From a bacterium (GTDB lineage Bacteria; UBA8248), in the NCBI GenBank assembly GCA_965207065.1, contig OZ242260.1:2592001-2656000 (forward strand): a DNA stretch of 64,000 bases. The letters are read 5' to 3'. Shown here piece by piece: positions 49,570 to 59,319 of this stretch. Every line of letters starts with the position of its first letter. The first letter of the stretch is position 1. The translations under genes and the position numbers were made by a program. Under the pieces are notes generated by a model that had not been told where the DNA came from, made no database searches, and was given only the letters and a program-made list of their open reading frames with translations.

Positions 49570-50418
49570 ATGACGCAAACCGATGGCTCCACGCTCGTTT
49601 CGACGGCGTGGCTCTCAGAAAACCTGGAAAATCCGAATCTCCACGTCATCGAGGTTTCCTCGGCCAGTGACGACGCTTCCTACCGCGAAGCCCACGTACC
49701 GGGCGCGCACTGGTGGTTCTGGAAAGGGGCGCTCTGGCACGAGACGGACCGCGCGTTCTCCGCGCCCGAGGCGCTGGCCGAGCAATTGGGCGGCATGGGC
49801 ATAGGGCCGGATGATGAAATCGTCCTGTACGGCGAGCCGGTGCAGTTCGGAACCTATGCGTTCTGGGTGCTGAAGATGGCGGGTTTTTCGAATTTGAAGC
49901 TCCTGGACGGCTCGAAGAAAAAGTGGGTTGCCGACGGGATGCCCGTTTCGAGTGAGGCTCCGGTTACTGCGGCCGTCGCCCACTCCGCGCCGGATGGGGG
50001 AGAGATATTAAGTGTGGGCAGGGACGATATTCGCGAGAAGCTGGGTGCGCCGGGCAGGGTGCTGCTCGACGTGCGCTCGCCCGAGGAATACAGCGGCGAG
50101 CGGGTGATGCCGCCGCCGGGTTTCGACCACGGGGCCGAACGCGCCGGACGCATACCGGGGGCCGCGCATCTGTTCTTCCGCGAACTGCTGAACGAGGACG
50201 ACACCTATAAGAGTACGGATGAACTCGCGCGGATTCTCGGCGATGCGGGCGCCGCGCCCGACGATGAGATAGAACTCGTGCTTTACTGACGCCTCAGCCA
50301 CCGGGCCAGTCTGGTCTGGTTCGCCATGCGGTATCTGCTGGGATACGAAGACGTGAAGATTTACGATGGCTCATGGACGGAGTGGGGGAGCATCGTCGGT
50401 TTTCCGATTGAAAAATAA
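49570..50418 (+). CDS. Tandem-domain sulfurtransferase (rhodanese), probable selenoprotein (Sec at TGA 50287-50289)
   Basis: The frame continues past TGA as [48 protein letters not shown]. The TGA occupies the catalytic Cys position. Confidence 0.85.
50300..50320 (+). promoter_or_regulatory. Candidate bacterial SECIS element
   Basis: Hairpin accgggcc-agtct-ggtctggt starts 11 nt after the UGA and has GU in the apical loop. Confidence 0.6.
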
Positions 50419-50445
50419 CGTGGTAGATTGTTTCTGCAGTATGGA

Positions 50446-51426
50446 TTATTTTACGGGATAGCGCGGCTCCTCGCCTCGCAGGACGCGCAACACGTCGGTC
50501 GCCGCCTTTCGTCTCATGTCTTCCAGGGCGGCCGTGCTGTACCACGCGCTGTGCGGCGTGACGCGGCAGTTGGGGAGCCCGATCAGCGGGTGATTCGGCC
50601 TTGGGGGTTCTTCTTCGAGCACGTCGAGGCCCGCGCCCCGGATGGCGTTTTTCTGGAGCGCATCGGCCAGCGCCTTCTCGTCCACGAGTTCGCCGCGCGC
50701 CACGTTGATCAGAACGGCGTCCGTCTTCATGTGGTCGAGCGCTTCGGCGTTCACCATGCCGCGCGTCTCGGGCGTCAGGGGCGCGTGCAGGGAGATGTAG
50801 TCCGACTCCTCCCAAATTTGAGAAAGGGCGGCGTTTCGGGCTTCTGATTCCTCGAAAACCGATTCGGGCGCGAAGGGATCGTGCGCGATGATCCGCATCC
50901 CGAAGGCGCGCGCTTTTCCGGCCAGAGTCGCGCCGATCCTCCCGATTCCCACCACGCCCAGCGTCGCGCCCCGTAGCGGAGCTATCGGCCTCAAGGAGGC
51001 GATTCCCCAGCCGCCCTTTTTGACTTCCGCGATCCCCTGCTCCAGTTTTCTGGCGAAGTACAGGATGAGCGCCATGGCGTGGTCCGACACCTCATCGACG
51101 CAGTAATCCGGCACGTAAGTGACGTGAATCCCTTTGGCTGTTGCGGCTTCCATGTCGACGTTGTCCACACCCACGCCGCCGCGCGCGAGAATTTTGCAAT
51201 GTTTCAGTTGCGCGATGACCTCGGCCGTGAAAGTAGGAATCGAGCCGATGATGACGCCCTCCGCCTCCGCGCAGAGTTCGACCAGGGATTCAGAGTCCGC
51301 CCCCATGCCCAGTCGCAAGCGGGGACCCAGAGGCGAGAGTACCTCCTCCTCGACCATAGGGGGGCCGAAGCGCGTTCCGGCGACGGCGATGAGCGGGCCG
51401 TCTGTTGCGGGCGGGCTTAAGACCAT
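50446..51426 (-). CDS. D-2-hydroxyacid dehydrogenase (CtBP-like)
   Basis: GVGVDNVD, VPDYC, GVVGIGRIG, INVARG, GLDVLEEEP and TPHSAWYS. Confidence 0.92.
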   Translation of the reverse strand: MVLSPPATDGPLIAVAGTRFGPPMVEEEVLSPLGPRLRLGMGADSESLVELCAEAEGVIIGSIPTFTAEVIAQLKHCKILARGGVGVDNVDMEAATAKGIHVTYVPDYCVDEVSDHAMALILYFARKLEQGIAEVKKGGWGIASLRPIAPLRGATLGVVGIGRIGATLAGKARAFGMRIIAHDPFAPESVFEESEARNAALSQIWEESDYISLHAPLTPETRGMVNAEALDHMKTDAVLINVARGELVDEKALADALQKNAIRGAGLDVLEEEPPRPNHPLIGLPNCRVTPHSAWYSTAALEDMRRKAATDVLRVLRGEEPRYPVK

Positions 51427-51489
51427 GGCTTCCTCAGGGTGCTCCCGTTGCCGGAAGGTGAGGTGTATGAAAATGCGCCTGTGCGCAAT

Positions 51490-51522
51490 AAAAAACACCG
51501 CGGCCCGATGACCGCGGTGTTT
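51490..51522 (-). terminator. Intrinsic terminator after the ferredoxin gene
   Basis: aaacaccgcgg-N8-ccgcggtgttt hairpin with a U-run on the minus strand. Confidence 0.6.
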
Positions 51523-51539
51523 GAATCAGCAGGATGGAG

Positions 51540-51851
51540 CTAGCGCAGCGTGTTGTCTGCTCTTCGCGGCGGGTCGTTCGCCGGGCGCGGCTCGACCGGC
51601 TCGTTGTTCTTGAATTCATCGGTGAGTTCCGCGTTGATTTCCGCCCATACGGGATCGTCGTCTTCGCTCTCCAGGATGGCGTCAATCGGGCATTCCGGCT
51701 GACAAACGCCGCAGTCGATACATTCCTCGGGGTCGATGATCAGGAAGGGTTCCCCCTTGTACTCGCCTGGGTGCATGCAGTCCACGGGACACACGCTCAC
51801 GCACGTCGCATAGCGCTCGCCCAGGCATTTTTCCCCGATGACAAATGTCAT
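51540..51851 (-). CDS. Ferredoxin (7Fe type)
   Basis: CLGERYATCVSVCPVDC and IDPEECIDCGVCQPECP. Confidence 0.92.
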   Translation of the reverse strand: MTFVIGEKCLGERYATCVSVCPVDCMHPGEYKGEPFLIIDPEECIDCGVCQPECPIDAILESEDDDPVWAEINAELTDEFKNNEPVEPRPANDPPRRADNTLR

Positions 51852-52048
51852 GGATGATTCCCTCCTACAAAGATTTAAGATTTTTCCGGTTGGAATCCCG
51901 AGGGAACGACCCTTGGCGATTCGCGGTTATTAGATTCAAATTCACCTGGATACCCCAAGCGCAGTGCGATGCTAGCAGATGCCGCTCCCGAAAATCAAGG
52001 GTAGAGAAGCACAAAATCCGGATTCTTTTACCTGTTGGCGGGATTTAT

Positions 52049-52954
52049 TCAAGTTCCCGGTTTCGGCGAAGAGTCAAAGATATTTTCGAGTGCGTGGAGC
52101 ATGGCTTCGACCGATTCGGGGGGCACGCCACCGAGTTCTTCGTGAAAATCGAACCCCTGGAGCCATCGGAACTTCTCGAGCGAGGCGGCGCTGATGCGCG
52201 AGTCCACGCCCAGTGTTTCGAGGGTAGAGACGACGTCCTCCATCTCCTGCGCGCGCCTCTCTGCTACGATGAGGCTCGTGCCCGCGAGGCTCAGCGCCAG
52301 GTCTCTGAGAGGAAGGCCCTCCACGGTGCCCGCGATGGACTCGAGCATTTCCTCCACCAGCCCGCAGCGCCTCGCCGCCTCGATGGCTTCCAGAAAAGTC
52401 ATCATTAGCCCCTTGGTGAACACGCTGCGCACGACCTTGAGGGCCGAGGCGTCTCCCACGCGCTCGCTGAGCACCTGAAGCTGCATCCCGTAGCGCGCCA
52501 TGGACTCGCTCAGGCGCCTGGCCTCGGGCCCCGAGATGAGAGTGACGACCTCGTGACCGTATACTTCCGCCGGGTCGCATATCGCCCCGTCAACAGGTTG
52601 GCCTCCACCCGCCTCGATGACGCGGCCAATCTCCTTCTTGGTATCGGGCGTCGTGGTGTTCAAATCCAGATACACGGCATCCCGGACGAAAGAAGAGGCG
52701 CTGCGCGCCGTATCCAGCGCGCTTTCCGGCGTGACGAGCGAGAGAACGAAGTCCGAGCCGTCGAGCGCTTCTTCCATGGACTGCGTCATCAATATTGCCG
52801 GATGAGCGGAGGCGTCAAGGTGTTCCGGTCGCCAGGGTGCTCTTTTCCAGACGTGAACTTTCGCCGCGCCGGCCCCCGCCAGCCCCCGGGCGATGGGCCT
52901 GCCCGCCATGCCGAATCCCAGAACGCAGACGGTGGGAGGATTTTCCAGGTTCAA
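52049..52954 (-). CDS. NAD(P)-dependent oxidoreductase (6PGDH/3-hydroxyisobutyrate DH-like, DUF1932 type)
   Basis: VLGFGMAG, ASALKVVRSVFTKG and RRAQEM. Confidence 0.85.
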   Translation of the reverse strand: MNLENPPTVCVLGFGMAGRPIARGLAGAGAAKVHVWKRAPWRPEHLDASAHPAILMTQSMEEALDGSDFVLSLVTPESALDTARSASSFVRDAVYLDLNTTTPDTKKEIGRVIEAGGGQPVDGAICDPAEVYGHEVVTLISGPEARRLSESMARYGMQLQVLSERVGDASALKVVRSVFTKGLMMTFLEAIEAARRCGLVEEMLESIAGTVEGLPLRDLALSLAGTSLIVAERRAQEMEDVVSTLETLGVDSRISAASLEKFRWLQGFDFHEELGGVPPESVEAMLHALENIFDSSPKPGT

Positions 52955-53316
52955 AAGGCTTCTCCGTACGACTTCATGTGGGTGTATGATTCCCGATCAT
53001 ATTCCACGCAAATGAGAGATTATGAAATGATTATAAATTATGGTGGCGTACGGCTCTAGCGCGTCCGGTATTATTCGGTTGGCTTTTTAGCATGATAACA
53101 CGAGAAACGGATTTGGGGTGTGGCGTACGGTCGGGGGGGTTGGTGTTGAAGCCGAGTGGGGTGTCCCACCTACCCTCTAAAAGGGGACTTTTTCATCGGG
53201 CATTCCCCTTGGGATGCCCGACCCCTCAAGGGGGGAATGGTTTTAAAATACTCCTTGATGGAGAGATATATCCGTAGAGGTTTTATTCCGGTTTTTTCAC
53301 CTACCCCGTACAGGTT

Positions 53317-53781
53317 CTAGTTCGTCACCTTCAGCCTGTAGTCGGGCGTCGGGTTCAGCGGGCATGAAAAATGATAGTCGCCCTCTTTGAGCGTGATGTG
53401 GTAGTCCCTCGATTTCCCCTTGACGAGGCCGCCTCCCGAGACCTTCGGCAGCGTGGGGCGTCCGACCCCTGCGCCTCTGAGATAAAACCCGAGCTGATAC
53501 GGCACGTTCTTGTTCTTCACCCGGAAAATGTAGGCGCCTGGTTTCAGCGTGATGGTCCTGGCATTGGCGAGGCGCTTTTCCCCGCTTTGGGAGTTGATTT
53601 TCTTGCAATCGGCCGCCCCCATGGTCTTGTAGCCATGATCCTTGCCCTCGGGTTCGGTGAACTGGCAGCCCGTCTGGGTGAGGGTGATGACGGTCGGCTC
53701 GGCGGCGTTCACGGAAGACGGTGCGAGGGGAAGCAAAGATGCCGCAAGGAGGGTCAGGAGCATTCTGTGGACGTTTTCCAT
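53317..53781 (-). CDS. Secreted cupredoxin-like protein
   Basis: Signal peptide; ITLKPGAYIF and LKEGDYHFSCPLNPTP. Confidence 0.7.
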   Translation of the reverse strand: MENVHRMLLTLLAASLLPLAPSSVNAAEPTVITLTQTGCQFTEPEGKDHGYKTMGAADCKKINSQSGEKRLANARTITLKPGAYIFRVKNKNVPYQLGFYLRGAGVGRPTLPKVSGGGLVKGKSRDYHITLKEGDYHFSCPLNPTPDYRLKVTN

Positions 53782-53963
53782 GGCCTTGTTCCTTTTTCGG
53801 GTGTGTTTTCGACTCTTCCCGGATTTGGATGATTATGGATTCATGAGCCGGCGGCTGATATAGATGATCGGTGTGACCCCTTACTCAAACCCGCTCCGAG
53901 GATCATACCAAAATGATGCGGTGAATTCCTCAAAAAACTCTGAACAAATCGTGAACGAAGTGA

Positions 53964-55028
53964 TCAGGCGGTGAGGCTGAACCAGACGTGGATTACGCCG
54001 TCGTCATACGATGCGCCCACTTCGCCTCCATGCGCCTCGACGAGAGCCTTCACTATCGCCAGCCCGATGCCCGCCCCCCCGCTTTCACGCGAACGCGAAT
54101 TTTCCGCACGGTAGAACCGCTCGAAGATGAGGCCCACGTCTTCCTTTTGGAAGTCTTTGCAGGTATTTGAAAAAATGAGCTTCACCCCGTCCTTGTGCTT
54201 CTCCGTTCGTACACGGAATTCCCCATGCCCGGGTGTGTACCGGCACGCGTTCTGAACGATGTTTCCCAGAACCTGGATGATTTTGTCGCGGTCCGCCTGC
54301 ACGGCGGGTACGTCACCGCCGATATCCAATTTCACCCTGATACTCTTGGCTTCGAAATCGTGCCGGTAGAGTTCGATGACGCGCTCGACCAGAGTGGGCA
54401 ACGCAATTTCTTCCCGCCGGAGATATATCTTCGCGGCCTCGGCCCGGGTGAGTTGTTGAAGGTCCTGGGCCAGGCGCACGAGGCGCAAAATTTCCTCCTT
54501 CAACATGGAGAACATTTCCTTGGAGGGCGGGATGACGCCATCGGACAGTCCTTCGAGATAGCCGCGCACCGTGGTGAGCGGGGTCCTCAGCTCATGGGCG
54601 ATATCCACGAGCATGGTTTTTCTTAAGTTTTCGATCTTCTCCAGATTGTCGGCCATCTGGTTGAACATCAGACCGAACTGGCCGACCTCGTCTTTTGAAG
54701 AGACCTCCGCGCGCGCGGTGAAGTCGCCCAGCGATACTTTTCTGGATACTTCCGACATTGCGTAGAGCGGGCGCAGCACCCTCCGGGTAAGGATGAAACT
54801 CAAGGTGACGGCCATGATCATGGCGAGCAGGCTCGCGTTGATGATGTAGCGATGCACGGCGTCCAGGAACATCTGGTGTATTTCATTGGGCGAGATGTTG
54901 TAATTGCGCATCAGGGCGGCGAAATAATCGGCGGCGAGGAAATCGATTGACAGCCAGACAACCAGAATGACCAGAACGATGACCGGCAGGTTGACGGCGA
55001 GCAGTTTCCAAAGCAACCGGCTTTTCAT
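53964..55028 (-). CDS. Sensor histidine kinase (BaeS-like, HAMP domain)
   Basis: Two TM segments, HAMP, DIAHELRTP, NIVQNA, FERFYR and GAGIGL. Confidence 0.93.
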   Translation of the reverse strand: MKSRLLWKLLAVNLPVIVLVILVVWLSIDFLAADYFAALMRNYNISPNEIHQMFLDAVHRYIINASLLAMIMAVTLSFILTRRVLRPLYAMSEVSRKVSLGDFTARAEVSSKDEVGQFGLMFNQMADNLEKIENLRKTMLVDIAHELRTPLTTVRGYLEGLSDGVIPPSKEMFSMLKEEILRLVRLAQDLQQLTRAEAAKIYLRREEIALPTLVERVIELYRHDFEAKSIRVKLDIGGDVPAVQADRDKIIQVLGNIVQNACRYTPGHGEFRVRTEKHKDGVKLIFSNTCKDFQKEDVGLIFERFYRAENSRSRESGGAGIGLAIVKALVEAHGGEVGASYDDGVIHVWFSLTA

Positions 55029-55029
55029 G

Positions 55030-55740
55030 CTAGCTACCTCCTTGTTCTTCACTGTCAGCAAATCGATACCCCACGCCGCGCACTGTAAGGATAAGATGGG
55101 GGTTGGCGGGGTTACACTCGATTTTTTGACGGAGCTTTCCGATGTGGACGTCCACCACCCGGGCGACGACGGCGTCCGATGTTTGGTAGAGCCTGGTGAG
55201 CAGTTCGTGGCGGGAAAAAACGCGACCGGGCGCGCTCATGAGCGTCAGGAGCAGTACATATTCCGAGGGAGTGAGCGGTATGGGTTCGCCGTTTCGGGTG
55301 AGTTTGTGTTTTTCGGGCTCCATGAGAAGGTTGCCGAAAAAAAGTTTGGTTTTTCTGAGCATGGACGCGTTTTTCGTACGCCTGAGGATGGCCTTGATGC
55401 GCTCGACGAGTTCTCTCGGGCTGAAGGGTTTGACTACGTAATCATCCGCGCCGAGCGAGAAGCCGAAAAGCCTGTCGACCTCTCCTTCCTTGGCGGTGAG
55501 CATCAGAATGGGTACGTCGGATTCCTCCCGGAGCTGCCGGCAGACCTCCCACCCGCTCGTTTTCGGGAGCATCAGATCGAGCACGACGAAAACGGGCGCC
55601 CACTCGCGCGCCAGTTGCAGGGCCCGCTCCCCGTCATGAGCAATGATGGTGTGGAAACCTTCCCGGCGTATAGACTTGTCGATGAGCGATGCGATGTTCT
55701 TCTCATCCTCGACGATGAGAATGGAATCTTTTTGAATCAC
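55030..55740 (-). CDS. OmpR-family response regulator
   Basis: ILIVEDE, LDLMLP, MLTAK, GADDYVVKPF and TVRGVGY. Confidence 0.93.
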   Translation of the reverse strand: MIQKDSILIVEDEKNIASLIDKSIRREGFHTIIAHDGERALQLAREWAPVFVVLDLMLPKTSGWEVCRQLREESDVPILMLTAKEGEVDRLFGFSLGADDYVVKPFSPRELVERIKAILRRTKNASMLRKTKLFFGNLLMEPEKHKLTRNGEPIPLTPSEYVLLLTLMSAPGRVFSRHELLTRLYQTSDAVVARVVDVHIGKLRQKIECNPANPHLILTVRGVGYRFADSEEQGGS

Positions 55741-55918
55741 GCTATTGCTTCTCCCGCCTGAAAACCTGTTGATATGGTATCAACGAAGGCGGCGATGTAA
55801 CGTTAAGATTTTGTAAGGAATTTATTGAGGGAGTCAAGAAAAAAATCGAGACGAGGCGAGCAGAGGCGTAGCAACCCCCTTATACGTCATCCATCGGGGT
55901 GTGCTGCGCGAATGCTGT

Positions 55919-56809
55919 TTATTCTTCGAGGCCCATGAGCCGGGCGGGATTACGCTGCACCATCCAGCGAATCTCCTCGTCCTCGAACCCCAGGCGCAGC
56001 ATCGTGGCGATGAACATGCGAAGCATCTCCGTCGGCGGGGGATTGAGGTCGAGTTGCGCGTCGGTGCTCATCACGCATCGCTCGGGGCCGAGCGCGCGCG
56101 CGGTTTCGGCGACTTTCACCGGATCCAGGTCGCGCCACATGGGAAAAGCCGATATCCACGTGAATTCGACGATATAGCCCAAATCCGCCACCTCGCGCAG
56201 TTGGGCCTCGCTCGCGTTGACGATGAAGATGATCGGATGGGTGAAGATGAATTTTTTCACCCCGATCTCCTTCGCGCGCCTCGCCAGGGCGACGCCCTCC
56301 TTCGCGGAGAGATGTCCCGTGGCCACGGCCACGTCCCCGTCGCGGGCGATTTCGAGTATGGCGTCCGCCTCGGGGCATACCGCGCCGTTTCCGTCGAGAA
56401 TCGTCAGGCCCTGCGCAGGCGGGGGCTGGCTATAGGCCTCCGCGATGCGTTTGCTGTAGGCGCCCACCGCGATATCGTTCGCCGCGGAGTAGGTGGGCAT
56501 CCAGATGACCTTCACGCCCAGGCGCACCGCGCTTTCCGCCGCGAAGGGCGAAAGCCCGCCCACGTTGGCGTTCAGGGTGATGGCGCCGAAGGCCGTGACG
56601 CCCGGATAGACCTCGTTCAGAATCCGGGCCTGGGCGATGGTGGGCCACAGGTGGCTCTTCATCACGAAGCCGCGCATGCCGACGTCGCGCGCGAGTTCGG
56701 CCCATTCATGGTCCAGCACGCGCCCGGGTTCCTCTACGAATACCTGGGGGAAGATGTGGGCGTGAACGTCGATAGCGCCTTCGAGGAGATCGTCCGCCTT
56801 GGTGCGCAT
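55919..56809 (-). CDS. Amidohydrolase-like TIM-barrel protein (DUF6282-like)
   Basis: GAIDVHAH, KSH, WMPT, TGH, THP, STD and NPARL. Confidence 0.8.
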   Translation of the reverse strand: MRTKADDLLEGAIDVHAHIFPQVFVEEPGRVLDHEWAELARDVGMRGFVMKSHLWPTIAQARILNEVYPGVTAFGAITLNANVGGLSPFAAESAVRLGVKVIWMPTYSAANDIAVGAYSKRIAEAYSQPPPAQGLTILDGNGAVCPEADAILEIARDGDVAVATGHLSAKEGVALARRAKEIGVKKFIFTHPIIFIVNASEAQLREVADLGYIVEFTWISAFPMWRDLDPVKVAETARALGPERCVMSTDAQLDLNPPPTEMLRMFIATMLRLGFEDEEIRWMVQRNPARLMGLEE

Positions 56810-56979
56810 GAGGAAAAACCCTCCGGATGCAAGAAAAAAATCGCCTGAGATCAGGAAAATCAATCATGCGCCATGAGGGGGCGGCGGGCAAGCCGGTTCC
56901 CGCCGCATCATTCAGGTGATATTCTTTCCAAAATGTTCTCACGGTGAAAAAGACGGTCTACCCTGGAGGAAGGTTTCCC

Positions 56980-58110
56980 ATGCCCCCCACCCAGAGCATC
57001 GGAACGCCGGTGCGTGAAATCGAAACGCCCGCCCTGATAGTCGACCTCGACGTCATGGAGGAGAACCTCGCCCTGATGGCGAAGCGCCTGGAAGGCACGG
57101 GCGTGAGGCTCCGCGCCCACGCCAAGACGCACAAGAGTCCCTGGCTCGCAAGAAAGCAGATGGCGCTTGGCGCGGTGGGGGTGTGCTGCCAGAAGGTGAG
57201 CGAGGCCGAGGTGATGGTGGAAGGCGGGGTGGAGAACGTGCTCGTGAGCAGCGAGGTCACGGCCGTTTCCAAGCTCAAGCGTCTGGCCGCGCTCGCACGC
57301 CATACGAAGCTGATGGTGGTGGTGGATCACCCTCAGGGGGTGGCGATGCTCGCAGAAGCCGTTACTGCGGCGGGGGCGGAAATCGGCGTGCTCGTCGACG
57401 TGGACGTGGGCCAGGGGCGCTGCGGCGTGGCGCCGGGCTCCCCGGCGGTGGAACTGGCCCGGCGCGTGGACGCGGCGAAGGGACTCGAATTCAAGGGGAT
57501 TCAGGCATACCAGGGCGGAGCCCAGCACGTAGATGGATTCACCGAGCGGCGCGCGATTTACGCAGACGCCATAGCGCGGATGCGCGAGACCGTGGAGGCG
57601 TTCGGGGCCGCGGGGCTTCCACTGGAGATACGTAGCGGCGGCGGCACGGGTTCATGGCGCTGGGACGCGGAATCGGGCGTGCTGAACGAGCTTCAGGCGG
57701 GCAGCTATCTCTTCATGGATTCACACTACGGCAGCATCGGCGGCGAGAATTCGGACACTTATGACGACTTCAGGCCCAGCCTGTTCGTGCTGACGACCGT
57801 GGTGAGCGCCCCCGGCCCCGGACACGTGGTGATGGACGCCGGCCACAAGGCGCTTTCTTCCGACAGCGGGCTGGCGCCCTGCCTGGAACTCGAGGGCGCC
57901 GTGCACGCGCGGGCGTCCGATGAGCACGGCGTGCTGGAACTCTCCCCGGCCTCGAGGCGTCCCGAAATCGGCGAGACGCTCCTGTTCCAGCCCAGCCACT
58001 GCGACCCGACCATCAACCTCTACGACGTCTACCACGGCGTCCGCGGCGGTATGGAAGAGGGCGTCCTCGAAGCCGTGATCCCCGTGGCCGCGCGCGGCTG
58101 CGTCTGGTAG
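56980..58110 (+). CDS. DSD1-family PLP-dependent enzyme (D-threonine/3-hydroxy-D-aspartate aldolase-like)
   Basis: TPALIVD, RAHAKTHK (PLP Lys), GGGTG, ELQAGSY and HCDPTINL. Confidence 0.9.
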   Translation: MPPTQSIGTPVREIETPALIVDLDVMEENLALMAKRLEGTGVRLRAHAKTHKSPWLARKQMALGAVGVCCQKVSEAEVMVEGGVENVLVSSEVTAVSKLKRLAALARHTKLMVVVDHPQGVAMLAEAVTAAGAEIGVLVDVDVGQGRCGVAPGSPAVELARRVDAAKGLEFKGIQAYQGGAQHVDGFTERRAIYADAIARMRETVEAFGAAGLPLEIRSGGGTGSWRWDAESGVLNELQAGSYLFMDSHYGSIGGENSDTYDDFRPSLFVLTTVVSAPGPGHVVMDAGHKALSSDSGLAPCLELEGAVHARASDEHGVLELSPASRRPEIGETLLFQPSHCDPTINLYDVYHGVRGGMEEGVLEAVIPVAARGCVW

Positions 58111-58126
58111 TTCAGCCCCGACCGAT

Positions 58127-58300
58127 GGGATCTGTTGAAAAAATCCTCCTCGGTCGAAATTGACCACCGCCGGAATGACGATGCCTTTGCTCGGTTGATA
58201 AACAAGAATGTAGCGGACAGGCCCCTGTGCCTGTCCGAGGTCGCGACCTGTCCCTACGGAGCCCAGCTTCCCTTGTCAGGGGGGCTTTTTCAACAACCCC
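58127..58300. mobile_element. MITE-like element with the same TIR family, mosaic REP-like content
   Basis: gggatctgttgaaaaaatcc … gggctttttcaacaacccc. Internal GTAGCGGACAGG…CCTGTCCG, cggaatgacg and cccttgtcagggggg. Confidence 0.65.
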
Positions 58301-58336
58301 GGGAAGATTGGATGCGGTCCCTACAAGACCGTACCC

Positions 58337-58861
58337 CTATGCCGGTTTTCCGAACGTGGCGACCCTGTCCACGCGGCACTCGAAGAGCACGCGCTTCTCG
58401 TCAATCACTGGGTCCCTGAGCGCGTAGGGCGGATCCGCGCCCGTGTATTTCGTCCAGATGCGGTCGAGCTGTTCGGTCGCCCGCTCGCCGCCCGGCGCGT
58501 CCTCTCGTATCTCGTTCACCACCGTGCACTTGATGCTCATCCAGTGGTAGGGGTTTTCGGGGTTCACGAGCAGGATCGTCAACTGTGGGTTGTTTCGTAT
58601 CCATCCGCATTTTGCGCGATGTGCGGCGGTGTTCACCAGAATCGTGTCGCCCTCGTAGTCGAACCACATGGGCGTCATGTTCACGCGCCCGTCGGGGCCG
58701 ATGAGGCCCAGCGTGACCGTAATCGGCTTATCGAGCAAATCTCTGTAAATCGGGTCCAGATCCGCCAGACCGCTTGCCTTCTTCCTCTCGCCGACTGCGA
58801 ACTGGCCCTCTTGCAGACCCCCGGATACGTCCCTGAAATTGGCTACGGTGAATTCCGCCAT
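58337..58861 (-). CDS. PPOX-class pyridoxamine 5'-phosphate oxidase family protein
   Basis: LGLIGPDG…TPMWFDYEGD…NT…R.K…NPQLTILLVNPENPY. Confidence 0.8.
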   Translation of the reverse strand: MAEFTVANFRDVSGGLQEGQFAVGERKKASGLADLDPIYRDLLDKPITVTLGLIGPDGRVNMTPMWFDYEGDTILVNTAAHRAKCGWIRNNPQLTILLVNPENPYHWMSIKCTVVNEIREDAPGGERATEQLDRIWTKYTGADPPYALRDPVIDEKRVLFECRVDRVATFGKPA

Positions 58862-59061
58862 CGCTCACGTCCTCCTGAAAAGAATGGTTGGGTTTTTCAA
58901 AAAATTAGCAGAGGGGAGGCGACCCGGCAAGGGGAGGGACTCGTCTAACGACTTTCTCGGATCTCGCGCAATCTCCGTCCCCGTCGCCATGTCTTTGCAT
59001 ATAATGGAGGTTTTATGTAGGGTAGAAGGTAAGAATTCCTTTCTACCTTCGGGAGGCGGCG

Positions 59062-59319
59062 ATGGGTCTTAACATCAAGAATGACGAAACCTGCCGGCTC
59101 GCCGGGGAGTTGGCCCGACTGACCGGCGAGACAAAGACCGGCGCAATTACGGTCGCCCTGCGAGAACGTCTCGAACGCGAGAAACGTCTGCGCGGCGCAG
59201 ACGTTCGCGCTCAAAAACTGCGCGCCATCGCGGAACGCTGTGCGAAGCTTCTGGGTCCGGGGCCGTCCGCCGTGGAGCACGGAGATATGCTCTACGATGA
59301 ACGGGGATTGCCGAAATGA
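59062..59319 (+). CDS. vapB: VapB antitoxin (Rv0623-like)
   Basis: MGLNIKN…LARLTGETKTGAITVALRERL…LYDERGLP; overlaps the toxin start (ATGA). Confidence 0.9.
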   Translation: MGLNIKNDETCRLAGELARLTGETKTGAITVALRERLEREKRLRGADVRAQKLRAIAERCAKLLGPGPSAVEHGDMLYDERGLPK

